Positions 45,241 through 57,199 are shown, counted from the first letter of the stretch. The stretch: DNA of 64,000 bases from an uncultured Candidatus Rokubacteria bacterium (GCA_963708025.1 CAVPSB010000019.1:128001-192000), one strand, 5' to 3'. Program-made: numbers and translations. Notes: generated by a model from the sequence alone, not told the origin.

Positions 45241-45845
45241 GACTGGGTGGCGCCGCCTTCGCTCTGCGTCCGCGCGCGGTGTCGGGTCACGATGTGGCGC
45301 TGGAAGCGGAAGGCGTTCTCGGGGAGCGCGAGGTCCATGTGGTACTGGTCCGGTCCCACCGCCTCCACCCGGGCGACGATGGTGCAGAGCTCGTCCGCTT
45401 CGAAGGCCTCGGCCACGGCTTCCATGAACTGGTAGAGCGTGCTGGCCTCCAGCACCCGCGGGCACCCGGCGGCGCGGGCGACGCCGGCGAGGTTGACCCG
45501 GCCGCCGGCGGTGTGGGAGGCGAAGCCGCCGGTCGAGAGCAGGCTCTCGTTGTCGAAGACGATGTGGGTCAGGTTCGGCGGCCGGTAGCGGCCGAGCGTC
45601 GCCAGGCCCCCCAGGTTCATGAGGATGGAGCCGTCGCCGTCGAGCACGACGACGCGCTCTTCCGGCCGGTTGAGGGCGACCCCGAGCCCGATCGACGAGG
45701 CCAGCCCCATCGCGTGCTGGAGGTAGAAGAAGGTCTCCCGGTGTCCCAGGTCGTAGAGCTCCTGGGCGGTCGCCCCCATGATCGTCACGACCAGCCGATC
45801 CCCCAGCTCGGGATAGAGCGCCCCCAGGCAGTCCGCCCGCTTCAC
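45237..45845 (-). CDS. Sulfopyruvate/phosphonopyruvate decarboxylase beta-like (TPP)
   Basis: MGLASSIGLG, DGDGSILMNLG, FDN...STGG. Confidence 0.8.
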   Translation of the reverse strand: MKRADCLGALYPELGDRLVVTIMGATAQELYDLGHRETFFYLQHAMGLASSIGLGVALNRPEERVVVLDGDGSILMNLGGLATLGRYRPPNLTHIVFDNESLLSTGGFASHTAGGRVNLAGVARAAGCPRVLEASTLYQFMEAVAEAFEADELCTIVARVEAVGPDQYHMDLALPENAFRFQRHIVTRHRARTQSEGGATQS

Positions 45846-45903
45846 CGGCGCTCTTCGTGGCTCACGTGGCACCACGCGCTCGACGACATGCTCCGAGGAG
45901 CTC

Positions 45904-46413
45904 CTAGTCTTCCATGAGGTCGCGGCTGAGGAGGAGGGCCACCGGCCCGAGTGACGACCAGGCCAGGGTCTGGGCCTCGCCGATCTGCTGGCCGACGCGG
46001 GAGGGGTCGCGAGCGTACTCGAAGGGGAGGCCGAGGGCGCGGAGCACCGGCTCGGTCAGGATTCCTCCCTGGGTGTGCCAGGGGTAGGGCTCGCCCCAGT
46101 GGCCGCGATGCGCGACCAGCATGACGAGCGGAATGCGGTAAGAGAGCGCCAGCGAGACGATCCCGTTGATCGACGCCAGGAACCCGTGGTTCTGCAGCAG
46201 GAGGGCGTTGCGCGCCCCCCCGAAGTAGGCGCCGGCGGCGATGCCGATCGCCTCCTCCTCCTTGGCGACCTCGACCAGGGTCATCTCGGGGTCGTCGTCG
46301 GCGAGCTGCAGGAGGTAGACGAGCCACGTCTCCGGCAGCGCGGTGAGGAAGCGGATGCCGGCGGACTTGATGCCCTGGTAGATGGCCTTGGAGTTGTCGC
46401 GCGAGACGGTCAT
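45904..46413 (-). CDS. Sulfopyruvate/phosphonopyruvate decarboxylase alpha-like
   Basis: KEEEAIGIAAGA, QNHG, IPLVML..HRG..GE. Confidence 0.8.
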   Translation of the reverse strand: MTVSRDNSKAIYQGIKSAGIRFLTALPETWLVYLLQLADDDPEMTLVEVAKEEEAIGIAAGAYFGGARNALLLQNHGFLASINGIVSLALSYRIPLVMLVAHRGHWGEPYPWHTQGGILTEPVLRALGLPFEYARDPSRVGQQIGEAQTLAWSSLGPVALLLSRDLMED

Positions 46414-46724
46414 GGCTGTCGCCGGGCGGCCGCCCGACGGTGGCCGCCCCCCGCGATGCTGGCGTCACCGGGCAACCTTGTCAAGGTCGTCCCCCCGGCG
46501 AGGGAGAGCCCCGGCCCGCCGGTGGCTCGGTGGTATCCGGCCCCCGCGCGGACTATCCTCTTCCGCGTGGACTCCAGGGGGTGCGCTGCGAGCGTGAAGG
46601 AGTGGGGTCCTCCGGCCTCCCCCTCCCCCCCGGCCAAAGGCCGAAGGCCGTCCAACGGTCGGGGAGGGGGGCCAAAGGCCGAAGGCCGTCGAAGGATCGG
46701 GTGGGCGGGAGGTTTCGAACAAGC

Positions 46725-47438
46725 ATGATCGACCGGGCCCGCGCCTTCGGGCGGCTCGGGCGCCGCGAGGCCTGGCTCCTCGTCGCGGCGCTGGCCGTCG
46801 TCCTCGCCATCTGGGGCTTCGCCGAGCTCGCCGACGAGGTCATCGAGGGGAGCACGGGCGGGCTCGACGACCGCCTGCTCCGGCTGATGCGGCGCCCGGA
46901 CGACCCGGCGCGGCCGATCGGACCGGGCTGGCTGGCCGATGCGGCCCGGGACCTGACGGCGCTCGGCAGCGCGCCGGTCCTGGTCCTCGTCGTGCTGGCG
47001 ACCCTCGGCTATCTTGCCTTCGAGCGAAAGGGCCCCGAGATGGCGCTGCTCGTGGCGGCGGTCGGAGGCGGAACCCTGCTCAGCACGCTCCTGAAGGAGC
47101 TGTTCGATCGGGGTCGGCCCGAGGTCGTGCCCCGTCTGGCCCCGGTGGTCACCTCGAGCTTCCCCAGCGGGCACTCGATGCTGGCGGCGGTGGTCTACCT
47201 GACGTTGGGGGTCCTGCTCGCCCGCGTCGCGGCCCGGCGTCGCGTCAAGACCTACGTCCTCGGGCTCGCGATGCTCGTCGCGCTGCTGGTCGGCGTGACC
47301 CGCGTCTACCTCGGCGTCCACTATCCCACCGACGTCCTGGCCGGCTGGTCGGCCGGCCTGGCGTGGGCACTCCTCTGCTGGGTGGTCGCGCGCCTCCTGC
47401 AGCTCCGCGGCGCCATCACGGACGACGCCGCGGGCTGA
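46725..47438 (+). CDS. PAP2-family phosphatase
   Basis: K......RP, SFPSGH, TRVYLGVHYPTD. Confidence 0.9.
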   Translation: MIDRARAFGRLGRREAWLLVAALAVVLAIWGFAELADEVIEGSTGGLDDRLLRLMRRPDDPARPIGPGWLADAARDLTALGSAPVLVLVVLATLGYLAFERKGPEMALLVAAVGGGTLLSTLLKELFDRGRPEVVPRLAPVVTSSFPSGHSMLAAVVYLTLGVLLARVAARRRVKTYVLGLAMLVALLVGVTRVYLGVHYPTDVLAGWSAGLAWALLCWVVARLLQLRGAITDDAAG

Positions 47439-47513
47439 AGCTCGGTTCGGGACCTCCCGCCCACCCCCCCAGCCCCCCTCCCCACCCACCGGGGGAGGGG
47501 GAGCCGAAGAACC

Positions 47514-48797
47514 CTATTCCTTCACACGCTCTGAAAAGGCCGCGCGGGCGGCCTCCACGGTGGCGGTCACGTCGTCGGGGGCGTGTGCCAGCGAGAGGAA
47601 CGCCGCCTCGAACTGCGAGGGGGCGAGGTAGACGCCCCGGCCGAGCATCGCGTGGAAGAAGGTCCCGTAGCGGGCGCGGTCGGCCCGGGCGGCGCTCGTC
47701 CAGTCCGTCACCGGCCCCGGCGCGAAGAAGGCCGTCAGCATCGAGCCCACCCGGTTGATCGTCGACGGCACGCGCGCCCGGGCCGCGGCCTCGGCGAGGC
47801 CGGCCTCGAGCGCGGCAGCCCGGGTCTCCAGGGTCTCGTAGACGCCCGGCTCCCGGAGGGCGCGCAGCGTCTCGAGGCCGGCCGCGACCGCCAGCGGGTT
47901 GCCCGACAGCGTGCCGGCCTGGTAGATGCCGCCGAGCGGTGAGACGCACTCCATGATCTCGCGGCGCCCGCCGTAGGCTCCGACCGGGAGCCCGCCGCCG
48001 ATGATCTTGCCCAGGATCGTGAGGTCGGGCGTCACCCCGAAGCGGGCCTGGGCCCCGCCGGGGCCCACGCGGAAGCCCGTGATCACCTCGTCGAAGATCA
48101 AGCAGGCGCCGTGGTGGGCGGTCAGCTCCCGCAGCCCGGCGAGGAAGCCGGGCGCCGGGGGCACGACGCCCATGTTGCCGGCGACGGGCTCGACGATGAC
48201 GGCGGCCACGTCCCGGCCCTCGGCCTCCAGCACGGCTCGCACGGCGTCGAGGTCGTTGTACGCCACGGTGAGCGTGAGGCGCGCCAGATCCGGCGGGACG
48301 CCGAGGCTGTCCGGCACGCCGAACGTCGCCCCGCCGGAGCCCGCCTTCACGAGCAGGCTGTCGGCGTGACCGTGGTAGCACCCCTCGAACTTGACCAGCT
48401 TCGACCGCCCCGTGAAGCCGCGGGCCACGCGGAGCGCGCTCATCGCCGCCTCGGTGCCGGACGACACCAGGCGCAGCATCTCCATCGAGGGCACCGCCGT
48501 CGCGATGGCCCGGGCCAGCTCGACCTCCCCCGGCGTCGGCGCGCCGTAGCTGGTCCCGCGGTCGAGGGCCGCCCGCAGCGCCTCGGTGACGCGCTTGGGC
48601 GCGTGCCCGAGGATCAGCGGCCCCCACGACATCACGTAGTCGAGGTAGCTCCGCCCGTCGACGTCGACGAGCCGGGCGCCCTCGCCGCGGGCCACGAAGA
48701 AGGGCGTGCCCCCGACCCCGCGGAAGGCCCGGACGGGGCTGTTCACGCCGCCCGGCATCAGGCGGGCGGCCTCGGCGAACCACTGCTCTGACGTCAC
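47514..48797 (-). CDS. hemL: Glutamate-1-semialdehyde 2,1-aminomutase
   Basis: [47 protein letters not shown]. Confidence 0.97.
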   Translation of the reverse strand: MTSEQWFAEAARLMPGGVNSPVRAFRGVGGTPFFVARGEGARLVDVDGRSYLDYVMSWGPLILGHAPKRVTEALRAALDRGTSYGAPTPGEVELARAIATAVPSMEMLRLVSSGTEAAMSALRVARGFTGRSKLVKFEGCYHGHADSLLVKAGSGGATFGVPDSLGVPPDLARLTLTVAYNDLDAVRAVLEAEGRDVAAVIVEPVAGNMGVVPPAPGFLAGLRELTAHHGACLIFDEVITGFRVGPGGAQARFGVTPDLTILGKIIGGGLPVGAYGGRREIMECVSPLGGIYQAGTLSGNPLAVAAGLETLRALREPGVYETLETRAAALEAGLAEAAARARVPSTINRVGSMLTAFFAPGPVTDWTSAARADRARYGTFFHAMLGRGVYLAPSQFEAAFLSLAHAPDDVTATVEAARAAFSERVKE

Positions 48798-50095
48798 GAG
48801 TCCTCCTGTCTGTCTTCGTGGCCCTCGGTCTCGCGCTCGAGGCCGAACAGCTCGCGGACCAGCGCGCGGAGACCCGCGCCCCCCGGCGCGGCCTGGGCGG
48901 CCTTGAGCTGCTCGATGGGCCCGTGCAGGATCTTGTTCACCAGCGTGGTCGACATCGCGTCCAGCGCGGCTCGCACCTCCGGCCCGCGGTCACCGAGGCG
49001 GGCAGCCGCCCGCTCGACCTCGGCCTGCCGGAGCTCCTCGAGCTTGGTCCGCAGCGAGCGGATCGTGGGGGCCGCCGAGCGGGCGGCGACCGCCTGGCCG
49101 ACCCGCGCCACCGCCTCGGCGATGAGGGCGCGGGCCCGCTCGACCTCGCGCTCGCGCGCCCGGCGGTTCGCCTCGACGACCACCTGGAGGTCGTCGATGT
49201 CGTAGAGGTAGACGTCGGCGATCCGGGTCACCGCACGCTCGACGTTGCGGGGGACGCCCAGGTCGATGATGAAGAGCGGGCGGGGGCGGCTCGCGACCCA
49301 GACCGCGACGTGGGCGTGGGTGACCAGGACGCCCGGGGCAGTGGCCGCACAGATCACGATGTCGGCGGCGGCGGCGTGGCGCTGGAACTCCTCGAAGGGC
49401 ACCGCCTTCCCGCCGGTCTCCCGCGCGATCGACTCGGCCCGCTCGGTCGTGCGGCTCGTGATGACGAGCCGGCTCACGCCGAGGTCGGCGAGGTGCCGGG
49501 CGGCCAGCCCGCCCATCTCGCCGGCTCCGAGGAGCACGACCGAGCGCTCCCGGAGGTCCCCGAAGATCTTGCGACCCAGCTCGACCGCCGCGTAGCTCAC
49601 CGACACGGCGCCGCGCCCGACCTCGGTCTCGGTCCGCACGCGCTTCGCGATCCGGAGCGCCTGGCCGACCGCATCGCCGAGGACCGCCCCGACCGCGCCC
49701 TGGGCGACGGCGATGCCGTGGGCGGCCTTCACCTGGCCGAGGATCTGCGGCTCTCCGACGACCATCGAGTCGAGACCCGCGGCGACGGCGGCCATGTGAG
49801 CGACGGCGTCCAGGCCTCGACGGAGATAGAGGAGGCCACCCAGCTGAGCGGCCGGCGTGCCCGCCCGGGCAGCGAGCCAGGCCGTCACCGCGGCCGGGGC
49901 GTCGGGTGCGCTCCCGACCCCCCACACCTCCACCCGGTTGCACGTGGCGATGAGCAACGCTTCCGCGAGGCCCGTGGTCGCGAGCAGGTCGCCGAGGGCG
50001 GCCGGCAGCGCGGCGTCCGCTACCGCGAGGCGCTCGCGCGTCTCGATCGGCGCCGAGGCGTGATTCAGCCCGATGGCGAGCACCGCGGGGTTCAT
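48794..50095 (-). CDS. hemA: Glutamyl-tRNA reductase
   Basis: [36 protein letters not shown]. Confidence 0.95.
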   Translation of the reverse strand: MNPAVLAIGLNHASAPIETRERLAVADAALPAALGDLLATTGLAEALLIATCNRVEVWGVGSAPDAPAAVTAWLAARAGTPAAQLGGLLYLRRGLDAVAHMAAVAAGLDSMVVGEPQILGQVKAAHGIAVAQGAVGAVLGDAVGQALRIAKRVRTETEVGRGAVSVSYAAVELGRKIFGDLRERSVVLLGAGEMGGLAARHLADLGVSRLVITSRTTERAESIARETGGKAVPFEEFQRHAAAADIVICAATAPGVLVTHAHVAVWVASRPRPLFIIDLGVPRNVERAVTRIADVYLYDIDDLQVVVEANRRAREREVERARALIAEAVARVGQAVAARSAAPTIRSLRTKLEELRQAEVERAAARLGDRGPEVRAALDAMSTTLVNKILHGPIEQLKAAQAAPGGAGLRALVRELFGLERETEGHEDRQEDS

Positions 50096-50916
50096 GGGCC
50101 GAGGAGGACGACGTGGCGGGTTGGCAGCAGGAGGCTCACGCTGAGCGTGGTCACCATCCCGGCGAAGCCGAGCACGGCCAGGTAGGCTCCGCGCCGGCCG
50201 CCCCAGCCGGCGCCGGCCCGGAGGGAGAGGATGATCGCGTAGATCGCCCAGGTCGCCACGGCGACGAGCGGGGTGGGCTGCCAGAGCCAGCCGGGTCCGA
50301 AGGCGCGCGCGGCCGTGATCGTCCCGAGGACGAGGCCGAGGGTCAGGAACGGAAAGCCGGCCACCAGGGCGTGGAACGAGAAGCGGTCGAGCGCGTCCAG
50401 CGCCGGCAGCCGGCGGGAGAGGCCGAGGATCCGCCCGCGCTTGAGCGCCCGCTCCTGGAGGATGTACATGACCCCGCCCGCGAAGTTGCCGGCCAGCGCC
50501 CCCAGGCCGAGCACGATGAAGAGGGCGTGACCGGCGCCGCCGGGGGCGCCCGACCCCGCGAAGACCGCGCCCTCCGGCGCGGCGGCGGCGATCAGGCTCA
50601 GGACCGCGACCGGCACCAGGACGAAGGCCGGAAGCGCGGGCAGGGCGTTGCGCCGCTCGCCCCAGAGGAGGAGGAGCACCGCGGCCCAGACGATCATGGA
50701 GAGCACCGCGTGGAGGCCGCCGACCGGCGGCCCGCCCAGGTCGATGGCGCGGAGGACGAGGCCCAGGGTGTGGAGGACCCACGCGGTCGCGAGGAGCGCG
50801 CGGGTCGGCACCGGCCAGGCGCCCCGGCGCGTCGTCAGCTCGGCGAGGGCCTGAACGGTCGCCCACAGGTAGCCGGTGAGCGCCAGGTCGACCAGGGCCC
50901 GGCTCCACCAGATCAT
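50092..50916 (-). CDS. ccsA: Cytochrome c assembly / HemX-like membrane protein
   Basis: Multi-[26 protein letters not shown]; upstream of hemA. Confidence 0.7.
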   Translation of the reverse strand: MIWWSRALVDLALTGYLWATVQALAELTTRRGAWPVPTRALLATAWVLHTLGLVLRAIDLGGPPVGGLHAVLSMIVWAAVLLLLWGERRNALPALPAFVLVPVAVLSLIAAAAPEGAVFAGSGAPGGAGHALFIVLGLGALAGNFAGGVMYILQERALKRGRILGLSRRLPALDALDRFSFHALVAGFPFLTLGLVLGTITAARAFGPGWLWQPTPLVAVATWAIYAIILSLRAGAGWGGRRGAYLAVLGFAGMVTTLSVSLLLPTRHVVLLGP

Positions 50917-51270
50917 GGCCGACTCCGGACGCCGAACGGCCTCACGCCCCGGTCGTGTAGCGGCCGACCCTGCGTGGCGGCGAGACGAGACACGCCGGCT
51001 ATCTTACGCGAAGTCGTGCCTGGGAGTCTCCTTGCTCGGCGGCCGGGCCGATCGCTTCCGCGCCCTCCCAATCGAGAGCACGACCGAGCGGATCCGCCGC
51101 CACCGTTGCGTCCCCGGGGCCGCACGGCGCGCGGCTCCGCCTTTCCGGGTATCATGTCCACGGGCCGGGGCGGGTGGCGAGCCTCCTCGCCGTTCGGTGT
51201 CCGGCCCCATGGCCGATGGGCCGTGGCGTCGCTCCCCGACCTGATCACCTGGTTCAAGGAGGTTCCGACA

Positions 51271-51738
51271 TTGATCTCGCTGGTCGTCAACGGCAAGCAG
51301 GAGACGGTGGACGTCAGTCCCGACATGCCGCTCCTGTGGGTGCTCCGCGAGAATCTGAGCCTCACCGGCACCAAGTACGGCTGCGGCATGGCGCTGTGCG
51401 GCGCCTGCACCGTGCACCTCGACGGCCAGCCGCTCCGCTCGTGCGTCGACGCCGGTGTCGGCGGCCGCCGGCGAAGCGCGTCACCACGATCGAGGGGCTT
51501 TCCGCGAAGGCGGACCACCCCGTGCAGCGCGCCTGGATCGAGCTGGACGTCCCGCAGTGCGGCTACTGCCAGTCGGGCCAGATCATGTCGGCCGCGGCGC
51601 TGCTGGCCCAGAACGCGTCGCCGACCGACGCCGACATCGACACCGCGATGACGGGCAACATCTGCCGCTGCGGCACCTACCAGCGCATCCGGGCCGGCGA
51701 TCCATCGGGCGGCCGCGCTCAAGCGGGGAGGTGCGTGA
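51271..51738 (+). pseudogene. (2Fe-2S) subunit of an IorA/xanthine-dehydrogenase-family enzyme; frameshifted (probably sequencing error)
   Basis: [32 protein letters not shown]; extra G near 51448, 51473 and 51697; AAGGAGG RBS, TTG start. Confidence 0.75.
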
Positions 51739-53892
51739 TGGCGACGCTGCTCAGCCGACGCGACCTCCTGAAGAGCGGCCTCGCGGTCGGCGCTGGGCTG
51801 GTGGTCGGCTTTCGACTGCTGGATCCGGCTGCCCGGCGCGGCTGGGCCCAGGGGACCGGCGTGTTCGCGCCGAACCAGTGGCTGCGCATCGACCGGGACG
51901 GGGTCGTGACGATCGTCAACTCGGTGCCCGAGATGGGCCAGGGCTCGCTGACCACGATGCCGATGATCGTCGCCGACGAGCTCGACGCCGACTGGGACCG
52001 CATCCGGGTCGAGCAGGCGCCGGCGAATCCCAAGGCTCTACGGGAATCCGGTGACCGGCTCCCAGTCCTACGGGGGCAGCCGGGGCGTTCGCGATCACCT
52101 CGAGCCGTTGCGCAAGGCCGGCGCGGCCGCGCGCGCAGATGCTGCGGGAGGCGGGCGCCCAGGAGTGGGGCGTGCCGGTGAGCGAGGTCGAGACCGAGCC
52201 GGGGGTGGTGGTCCACCGGCCGACCGGGCGCCGGCTGCTCTACGGCCAGCTCGTGGACCGGGCCCAGCAGCTCCCGGTCCCGCAGAATCCCACGCTGAAG
52301 ACGCCAGCCCAGTTCCGGTACATCGGCAAGGAGCGGAGCCGGCTCGACGTGCCGGCCAAGGTCACCGGCAAGGCCGTCTACGGCATCGACGTGCAGGTTC
52401 CGGGCATGCTCATCGCCTCGATCGAGCGCTGCCCCGTGTTCGGGGGCAAGGTCCAGAGCTTCGACGCCACCGCGGCGAAGGCGGTGCCGGGCGTGAAGCA
52501 TGTCGTCCAGGTCTCGAACGGGGTGGCGGTGGTGGCCGACAGCTTCTGGACGGCCGTGCAGGGCCGCAAGGCGCTGAAGGCGACCTGGGACGAAGGGCCG
52601 GTCGCCCAGGTCTCGAGCCCGCAGATCAGCCGTGACTACGAGGCGCTGGCGAAGCAGCCGGGCGCACAGTCGCGCAAGGACGGCGACGCCGAGTCGGCGC
52701 TGGCCGCCGGCGGGAAGACGCTGGAGGCCGTCTATCAGGTGCCGTTCCTCGAGCACGCCTGCATGGAGCCGATGAACTGCACGGCCCACGTCACGAACGA
52801 CGCGTGCACGTGTGGGTGCCCACCCAGAACCCGGGCGGGACCCAGGAGACCGCCGCGCGGATCACCGGACTGCCGCGCGAGAAGGTCACCGTCAACACGA
52901 CCTTCCTGGGCGGCGGCTTCGGGCGGCGCGGCGAGCTGGACTTCGTGGTCGACGCGGTCGAGACGGCGAAGGCCGTCGGCGCGCCCGGTCAAGGTGATCT
53001 GGACCCGCGAGGACGACATCCAGCACGGCTTCTACCGCCCGGCGACCTACAACGTGTTTCGCGCCGCGCTCGATCGCCCAGGGAGCACCGCTGGCGTGGT
53101 GGCACCGCATCGTGGGCCCCGGCATCCTCGTCCAGCGCGGCCGCGTACCCGCCGGCCAGGTCGATCCGACGTCGGTCGTCGGCGGCCGCGCGACATCCCC
53201 TACGACATCCCGAACGTCCAGGTGGAGTGGGTCAACAAGGACTTCGGGATCCCGGTCGGCTTCTGGCGCTCGGTGGGCCGCTCGCAGAACGCGTTCATCG
53301 TGGAGAGCTTCGTCGACGAGCTGGCCTCCCTGGCGGGTCAGGATCCCTACGAGTACCGCCGGAGCGCTCCTCGGCAAGGCGCCCCGCCACAAGGCGGTGC
53401 TCGAGCTGGCGGCGACCAAGGCGAACTGGGGCGCGCCGCTGCCGGCCGGCCGCGCCCGCGGGATCGCGGTCGCGTTCTCGTACGGCAGCTACGTGTCGCA
53501 CGTGGCCGAGGTCTCGGTGGCGCCCGACGGCAAGGTGACCGTGCACAAGCTCGACCTGCGCGATCGACTGCGGCATCGCCGTCAACCCCGACCAGGTCCG
53601 GGCCCAGATGGAGGGCGGCGCGATCTACGCGCTCACCGCCGTCCTGTACGGCGAGATCACCATCGACCGCGGCCGGGTCCAGCAGTCGAACTTCCACGAC
53701 TACCCGATGCTGCGCATCAACGAGGCGCCGGTCGTCGAGGCCCACATCCTGGACTCGGGCGAGCCGCCGGGCGGCCTCGGGGAGCCGGGGGTGCCGACGG
53801 TGGCGCCGTCGATCTGCAACGCGATCTTCGCGCTGACGGGCAAGCGCCTCCGCCAGCTGCCCATCCGATCGGACGACCTGAAGCGCGCTTGA
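51738..53892 (+). pseudogene. Molybdopterin-binding IorB-like subunit with Tat signal; multiple frameshifts
   Basis: SRRDLLK, EMGQG, YGGS, HACMEPMNC, LGGGFGRR, WRSVG, QMEGG, GGLGEPG spread across shifting frames. Confidence 0.75.
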
Positions 53893-53982
53893 CGCGAGTA
53901 TCACCACCTCCCGCCCACCCGGCCCCCCTCCCCCACCCACCGGGGGGAGGGGGGCCGGAGCGGAGAAGAGGGCGAGGAGAGT

Positions 53983-54423
53983 ATGCCGCCGCTGATCCGC
54001 CGCTACGTCAAGACGAGCTTCGTCTTCCTGCTGCTCGGGATGGCGCTGGGCGCCTACGTGACCGTCGAGGTCAATCTGCGCGGGCGGGGGGTGCCGTGGC
54101 CGCTGATCACGGCCCACGTGCACCTGGTCCTGGTCGGGTTCCTGCTGATGGTGGTATTCGGGGTGGCGAGCTGGATGTTCCCCCGGCCGGGCCGCGACGA
54201 CGCGCGTTACCGGCCCTGGCTCGCCGAGGTGGTCTACTGGATGCTGACGCTGGCCACGGTGGCGCGCACGCTCGGGGAGCTCGGCTCCGCGGTCGCTGGC
54301 GTCCGCGGCGGCTCCTGGCTGGCGGCCCTCGGCGGATTCGGCCAGCTCGGCGCCGCCGTGCTCTTCGTCGTCAACATGTGGGTCCGGGTGCGCATGCCGA
54401 CCGCCGCCACGCCGCCCCGCTGA
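53983..54423 (+). CDS. Small membrane protein with HxH (heme-copper oxidase subunit I-like fragment family)
   Basis: Four TM helices; AHVHLVLVGF....GVA.WMFPR; GAGGAG RBS. Confidence 0.6.
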   Translation: MPPLIRRYVKTSFVFLLLGMALGAYVTVEVNLRGRGVPWPLITAHVHLVLVGFLLMVVFGVASWMFPRPGRDDARYRPWLAEVVYWMLTLATVARTLGELGSAVAGVRGGSWLAALGGFGQLGAAVLFVVNMWVRVRMPTAATPPR

Positions 54424-54433
54424 CCCCCGAACG

Positions 54434-55288
54434 TCAGGGCTGGAGGCCGAGGATGCGCTGGGCGTTCAGCCGGTAGACCTTCTCCAGCACCGCGGCCGGG
54501 TAGCCCTCCGCTTCCCAGTCGCGGAACAGGCGCTCGTAGCTCAGCACCGGATAGTCCGAGCCGAACATCACCCGGTCCTGCAACCGGCCGCGGATCTCGC
54601 GCTTCAGCGCGTCCGAGAAGTACTTGGGCGACCACCCGGACATCTCCATGGAGACGTTGGCCTTGTGGAGGGCCACGGCGATCATCTCGTCCTGCCAGGG
54701 CCAGGACGGGTGGCAGGCGATGATGGTCAGCTCGGGGAAGTCGGCCGCGACGTCGTCGAGGTGGGGGATCGGCCGGCAGTACTTCAGCTTGAGCCCCATG
54801 CCGCCCGGCGTGCCGGCGCCGAAGCCGGTCGTGCCGGAGTGGAACTGGACCGCCTTGCCGAGCGAGCGGCAGAGGTCATACAGGGGATAGAACCGCCGGT
54901 CGTCGGGGAAGAAGGCCTGGGCGGTCGCCTGGAACTTGATCCCCATGAGCCCGAGGGTGGTGAGGCACCGCTCGGCCTCCCGCAGCGCCTCCCGGCCCTT
55001 CCAGGGGTCGATCATGGCCCACCCGCCGGGGAACGTGTCGGGGAAGCGGCGCACCAGCTCGGCCACGTAGTCGTTCGAGAGGACGGGGCCGCCCGAGCCC
55101 GACTGGGCGTCCCACCCGATGATGCAGGCCTTGACGTCGGCCTGGCGGAGATCCTCCACCATGCCTTCCTCGGTCCGCACGTCGGGCTTGAACCGGTAGT
55201 AGGTCTCCATCGGTCCCAGATAGGGTCCCCAGGCCTCGTACTGCGGGCGGGTGGAGAGATGGCAGTGGACGTCGATCGCTCTCGTCAT
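54434..55288 (-). CDS. Amidohydrolase-2 family protein
   Basis: IDVHCH, FHSG, IACHPSWPW, MFGSDYP. Confidence 0.9.
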   Translation of the reverse strand: MTRAIDVHCHLSTRPQYEAWGPYLGPMETYYRFKPDVRTEEGMVEDLRQADVKACIIGWDAQSGSGGPVLSNDYVAELVRRFPDTFPGGWAMIDPWKGREALREAERCLTTLGLMGIKFQATAQAFFPDDRRFYPLYDLCRSLGKAVQFHSGTTGFGAGTPGGMGLKLKYCRPIPHLDDVAADFPELTIIACHPSWPWQDEMIAVALHKANVSMEMSGWSPKYFSDALKREIRGRLQDRVMFGSDYPVLSYERLFRDWEAEGYPAAVLEKVYRLNAQRILGLQP

Positions 55289-55368
55289 GGCTGTCGGCCC
55301 CCCGGGCCACCGTAGCAGGGGGCCGACCGCCCGGTCAAACCGGCGATCAGTTGGCGATCACGTGGCGC

Positions 55369-55944
55369 TCACGCGGCGCCGGCGACCATCTCCGTGAAGA
55401 AGCGGTGGACGGCCAGGTCGTCGGTCAGCTCGGGGTGGAAGCTGCCGACCAGCACCGGGCCCTGGCGGGCGAGCACCGGCTCGTCCCGGACCGTGGCCAG
55501 CGCGTGGACGCCGGGGCCGGCGCGGGTGATCCGGGGCGCGCGGATGAAGACCATCCGCACGGGCACCGAGACGTCACCGAGCCGGGCCTCGGCCTCGACC
55601 TCGAAGGACTCCCGCTGGCGGCCGTAGGCGTTCCGCTCGGCGGTGACGTCGATGAGACCCAGCGAGGGCTGGGCCGGATTCACGACCTGCCGGGCCAGGA
55701 GGATCAGGCCGGCGCAGGTGCCGTAGATCGGCCGGCCCGCCGCGTGGAAGGCGGCGAGCGCGGGCGGGAAGGCGTCCCCCATGAGCTTGAGCAGGGTGGT
55801 GCTCTCGCCCCCCGGGATGATCAGCGCCTCGAGGCCCGCCAGCTCGTCGGGCTTCCGGACCTCGGGCGCCTCGACGCCCAGCCGCCCGAGCGCCTGAGCG
55901 TGCCTGGCGAAATCGCCCTGGAGGGCCAGGACGCCGATGCGCAT
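55369..55944 (-). CDS. pdxT: PLP synthase glutaminase subunit
   Basis: GVLALQG, PGGESTT, GTCAG, RNAYGRQ, FIRAP, FHPEL. Confidence 0.97.
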   Translation of the reverse strand: MRIGVLALQGDFARHAQALGRLGVEAPEVRKPDELAGLEALIIPGGESTTLLKLMGDAFPPALAAFHAAGRPIYGTCAGLILLARQVVNPAQPSLGLIDVTAERNAYGRQRESFEVEAEARLGDVSVPVRMVFIRAPRITRAGPGVHALATVRDEPVLARQGPVLVGSFHPELTDDLAVHRFFTEMVAGAA

Positions 55945-55947
55945 CGC

Positions 55948-56829
55948 CTACCAGCCGCGCGAGGCCAGCCGCTCCGACTCCCCGAGCTTCGACAGCTCGA
56001 GCCCCGGCATGGCCTCGCCCAGCTCCTCGGAGACCCTGGCCAGGACGTCGGCGTCCCGGTAGTGGGTGGTGGCCTGCACGATGGCGCGGGCGCGAACCGC
56101 CGGGTCCGACGACTTGAAGACGCCCGAGCCGACGAAGACGGCCTCGGCCCCGAGCTGCATCATGAGCGCGGCGTCGGCCGGCGTGGCCACGCCCCCGGCG
56201 GCGAAGTTCGGCACCGGCAGGCGCCCCTCGGCGGCCACCCAGCGGACCAGCTCGATCGGGGCGCCCAGCTCCTTCGCCTCCGCCATCAGCTCTTCCGCTC
56301 CCAGGATGGTGAGCCGCTTGATGTGACCCGTCACCTTGCGGATGTGGCGGACGGCCTCCACGATGTTGCCGGAGCCCGCCTCGCCCTTGGTCCGGATCAT
56401 CGCCGCCCCCTCGCCGATCCGGCGGAGCGCCTCGCCGAGGTCGCGCGCCCCGCAGACGAAGGGCACCGTGAAGGCGAGCTTGTCGACGTGGAAGTGCTCG
56501 TCGGCCGGCGTGAGGACCTCCGACTCGTCGACGTAGTCCACGCCCAGGGCCTGGAGGACCTGGGCCTCCACGAAGTGGCCGATCCGGCACTTGGCCATGA
56601 CCGGGATCGTCACGGTGGCCATGATCTCCCGGATCTTCCGGACGCTCGCCATGCGGGCCACTCCCCCGTCGCGCCGGATGTCCGCCGGGACCCGCTCGAG
56701 CGCCATCACGGCCGCGGCGCCGGCGTCCTCGGCGATCCGGGCCTGCTCGGCGGTCGTCACGTCCATGATGACGCCGCCCTTCAGCATCTCGGCCAGCCCC
56801 ACCTTGAGTCGCAGCGTGCTCAGCTCCAT
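55948..56829 (-). CDS. pdxS: PLP synthase synthase subunit
   Basis: [57 protein letters not shown]. Confidence 0.98.
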   Translation of the reverse strand: MELSTLRLKVGLAEMLKGGVIMDVTTAEQARIAEDAGAAAVMALERVPADIRRDGGVARMASVRKIREIMATVTIPVMAKCRIGHFVEAQVLQALGVDYVDESEVLTPADEHFHVDKLAFTVPFVCGARDLGEALRRIGEGAAMIRTKGEAGSGNIVEAVRHIRKVTGHIKRLTILGAEELMAEAKELGAPIELVRWVAAEGRLPVPNFAAGGVATPADAALMMQLGAEAVFVGSGVFKSSDPAVRARAIVQATTHYRDADVLARVSEELGEAMPGLELSKLGESERLASRGW

Positions 56830-57070
56830 CGCCGTCCTCCTTCTCCCGTCATCGCGGGTCGAACCGAATGGCATGATTGGATCGCTCAATTGGAGCCGTG
56901 TAAAGTGCCAATTGGCGGCTGCCAGGACAGGCCAATCGTCAGGGGGCGAGGGGGACAGCAGCGGGCGGGACGAGGGACGCCAGGGGCGGCCGCCAGGCGG
57001 GCGCCCGGGGGCGGGAAGAGCCTAGAGTCCTTGACGCGTGAAAGTCATGGCAGATGAGTCAAGTTCTCGG

Positions 57071-57199
57071 GGGCAGGGCCGAGGAGCGAGCAGCGCTAGG
57101 ACGCAGGGAGTCGCCGACCGCAGGCGTACTCCTCGTACGCCGAGGATCGGCGACGACCGAGGACGACGCGATGCGACGCTCATCGGCCCTGCCCGCTAG
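57071..57199. repeat. Repeat family B, short copy
   Basis: GGGCAGGGCCGA...TCGGCCCTGCCC inverted ends; terminal CTAG is the stop of the next gene. Confidence 0.85.
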
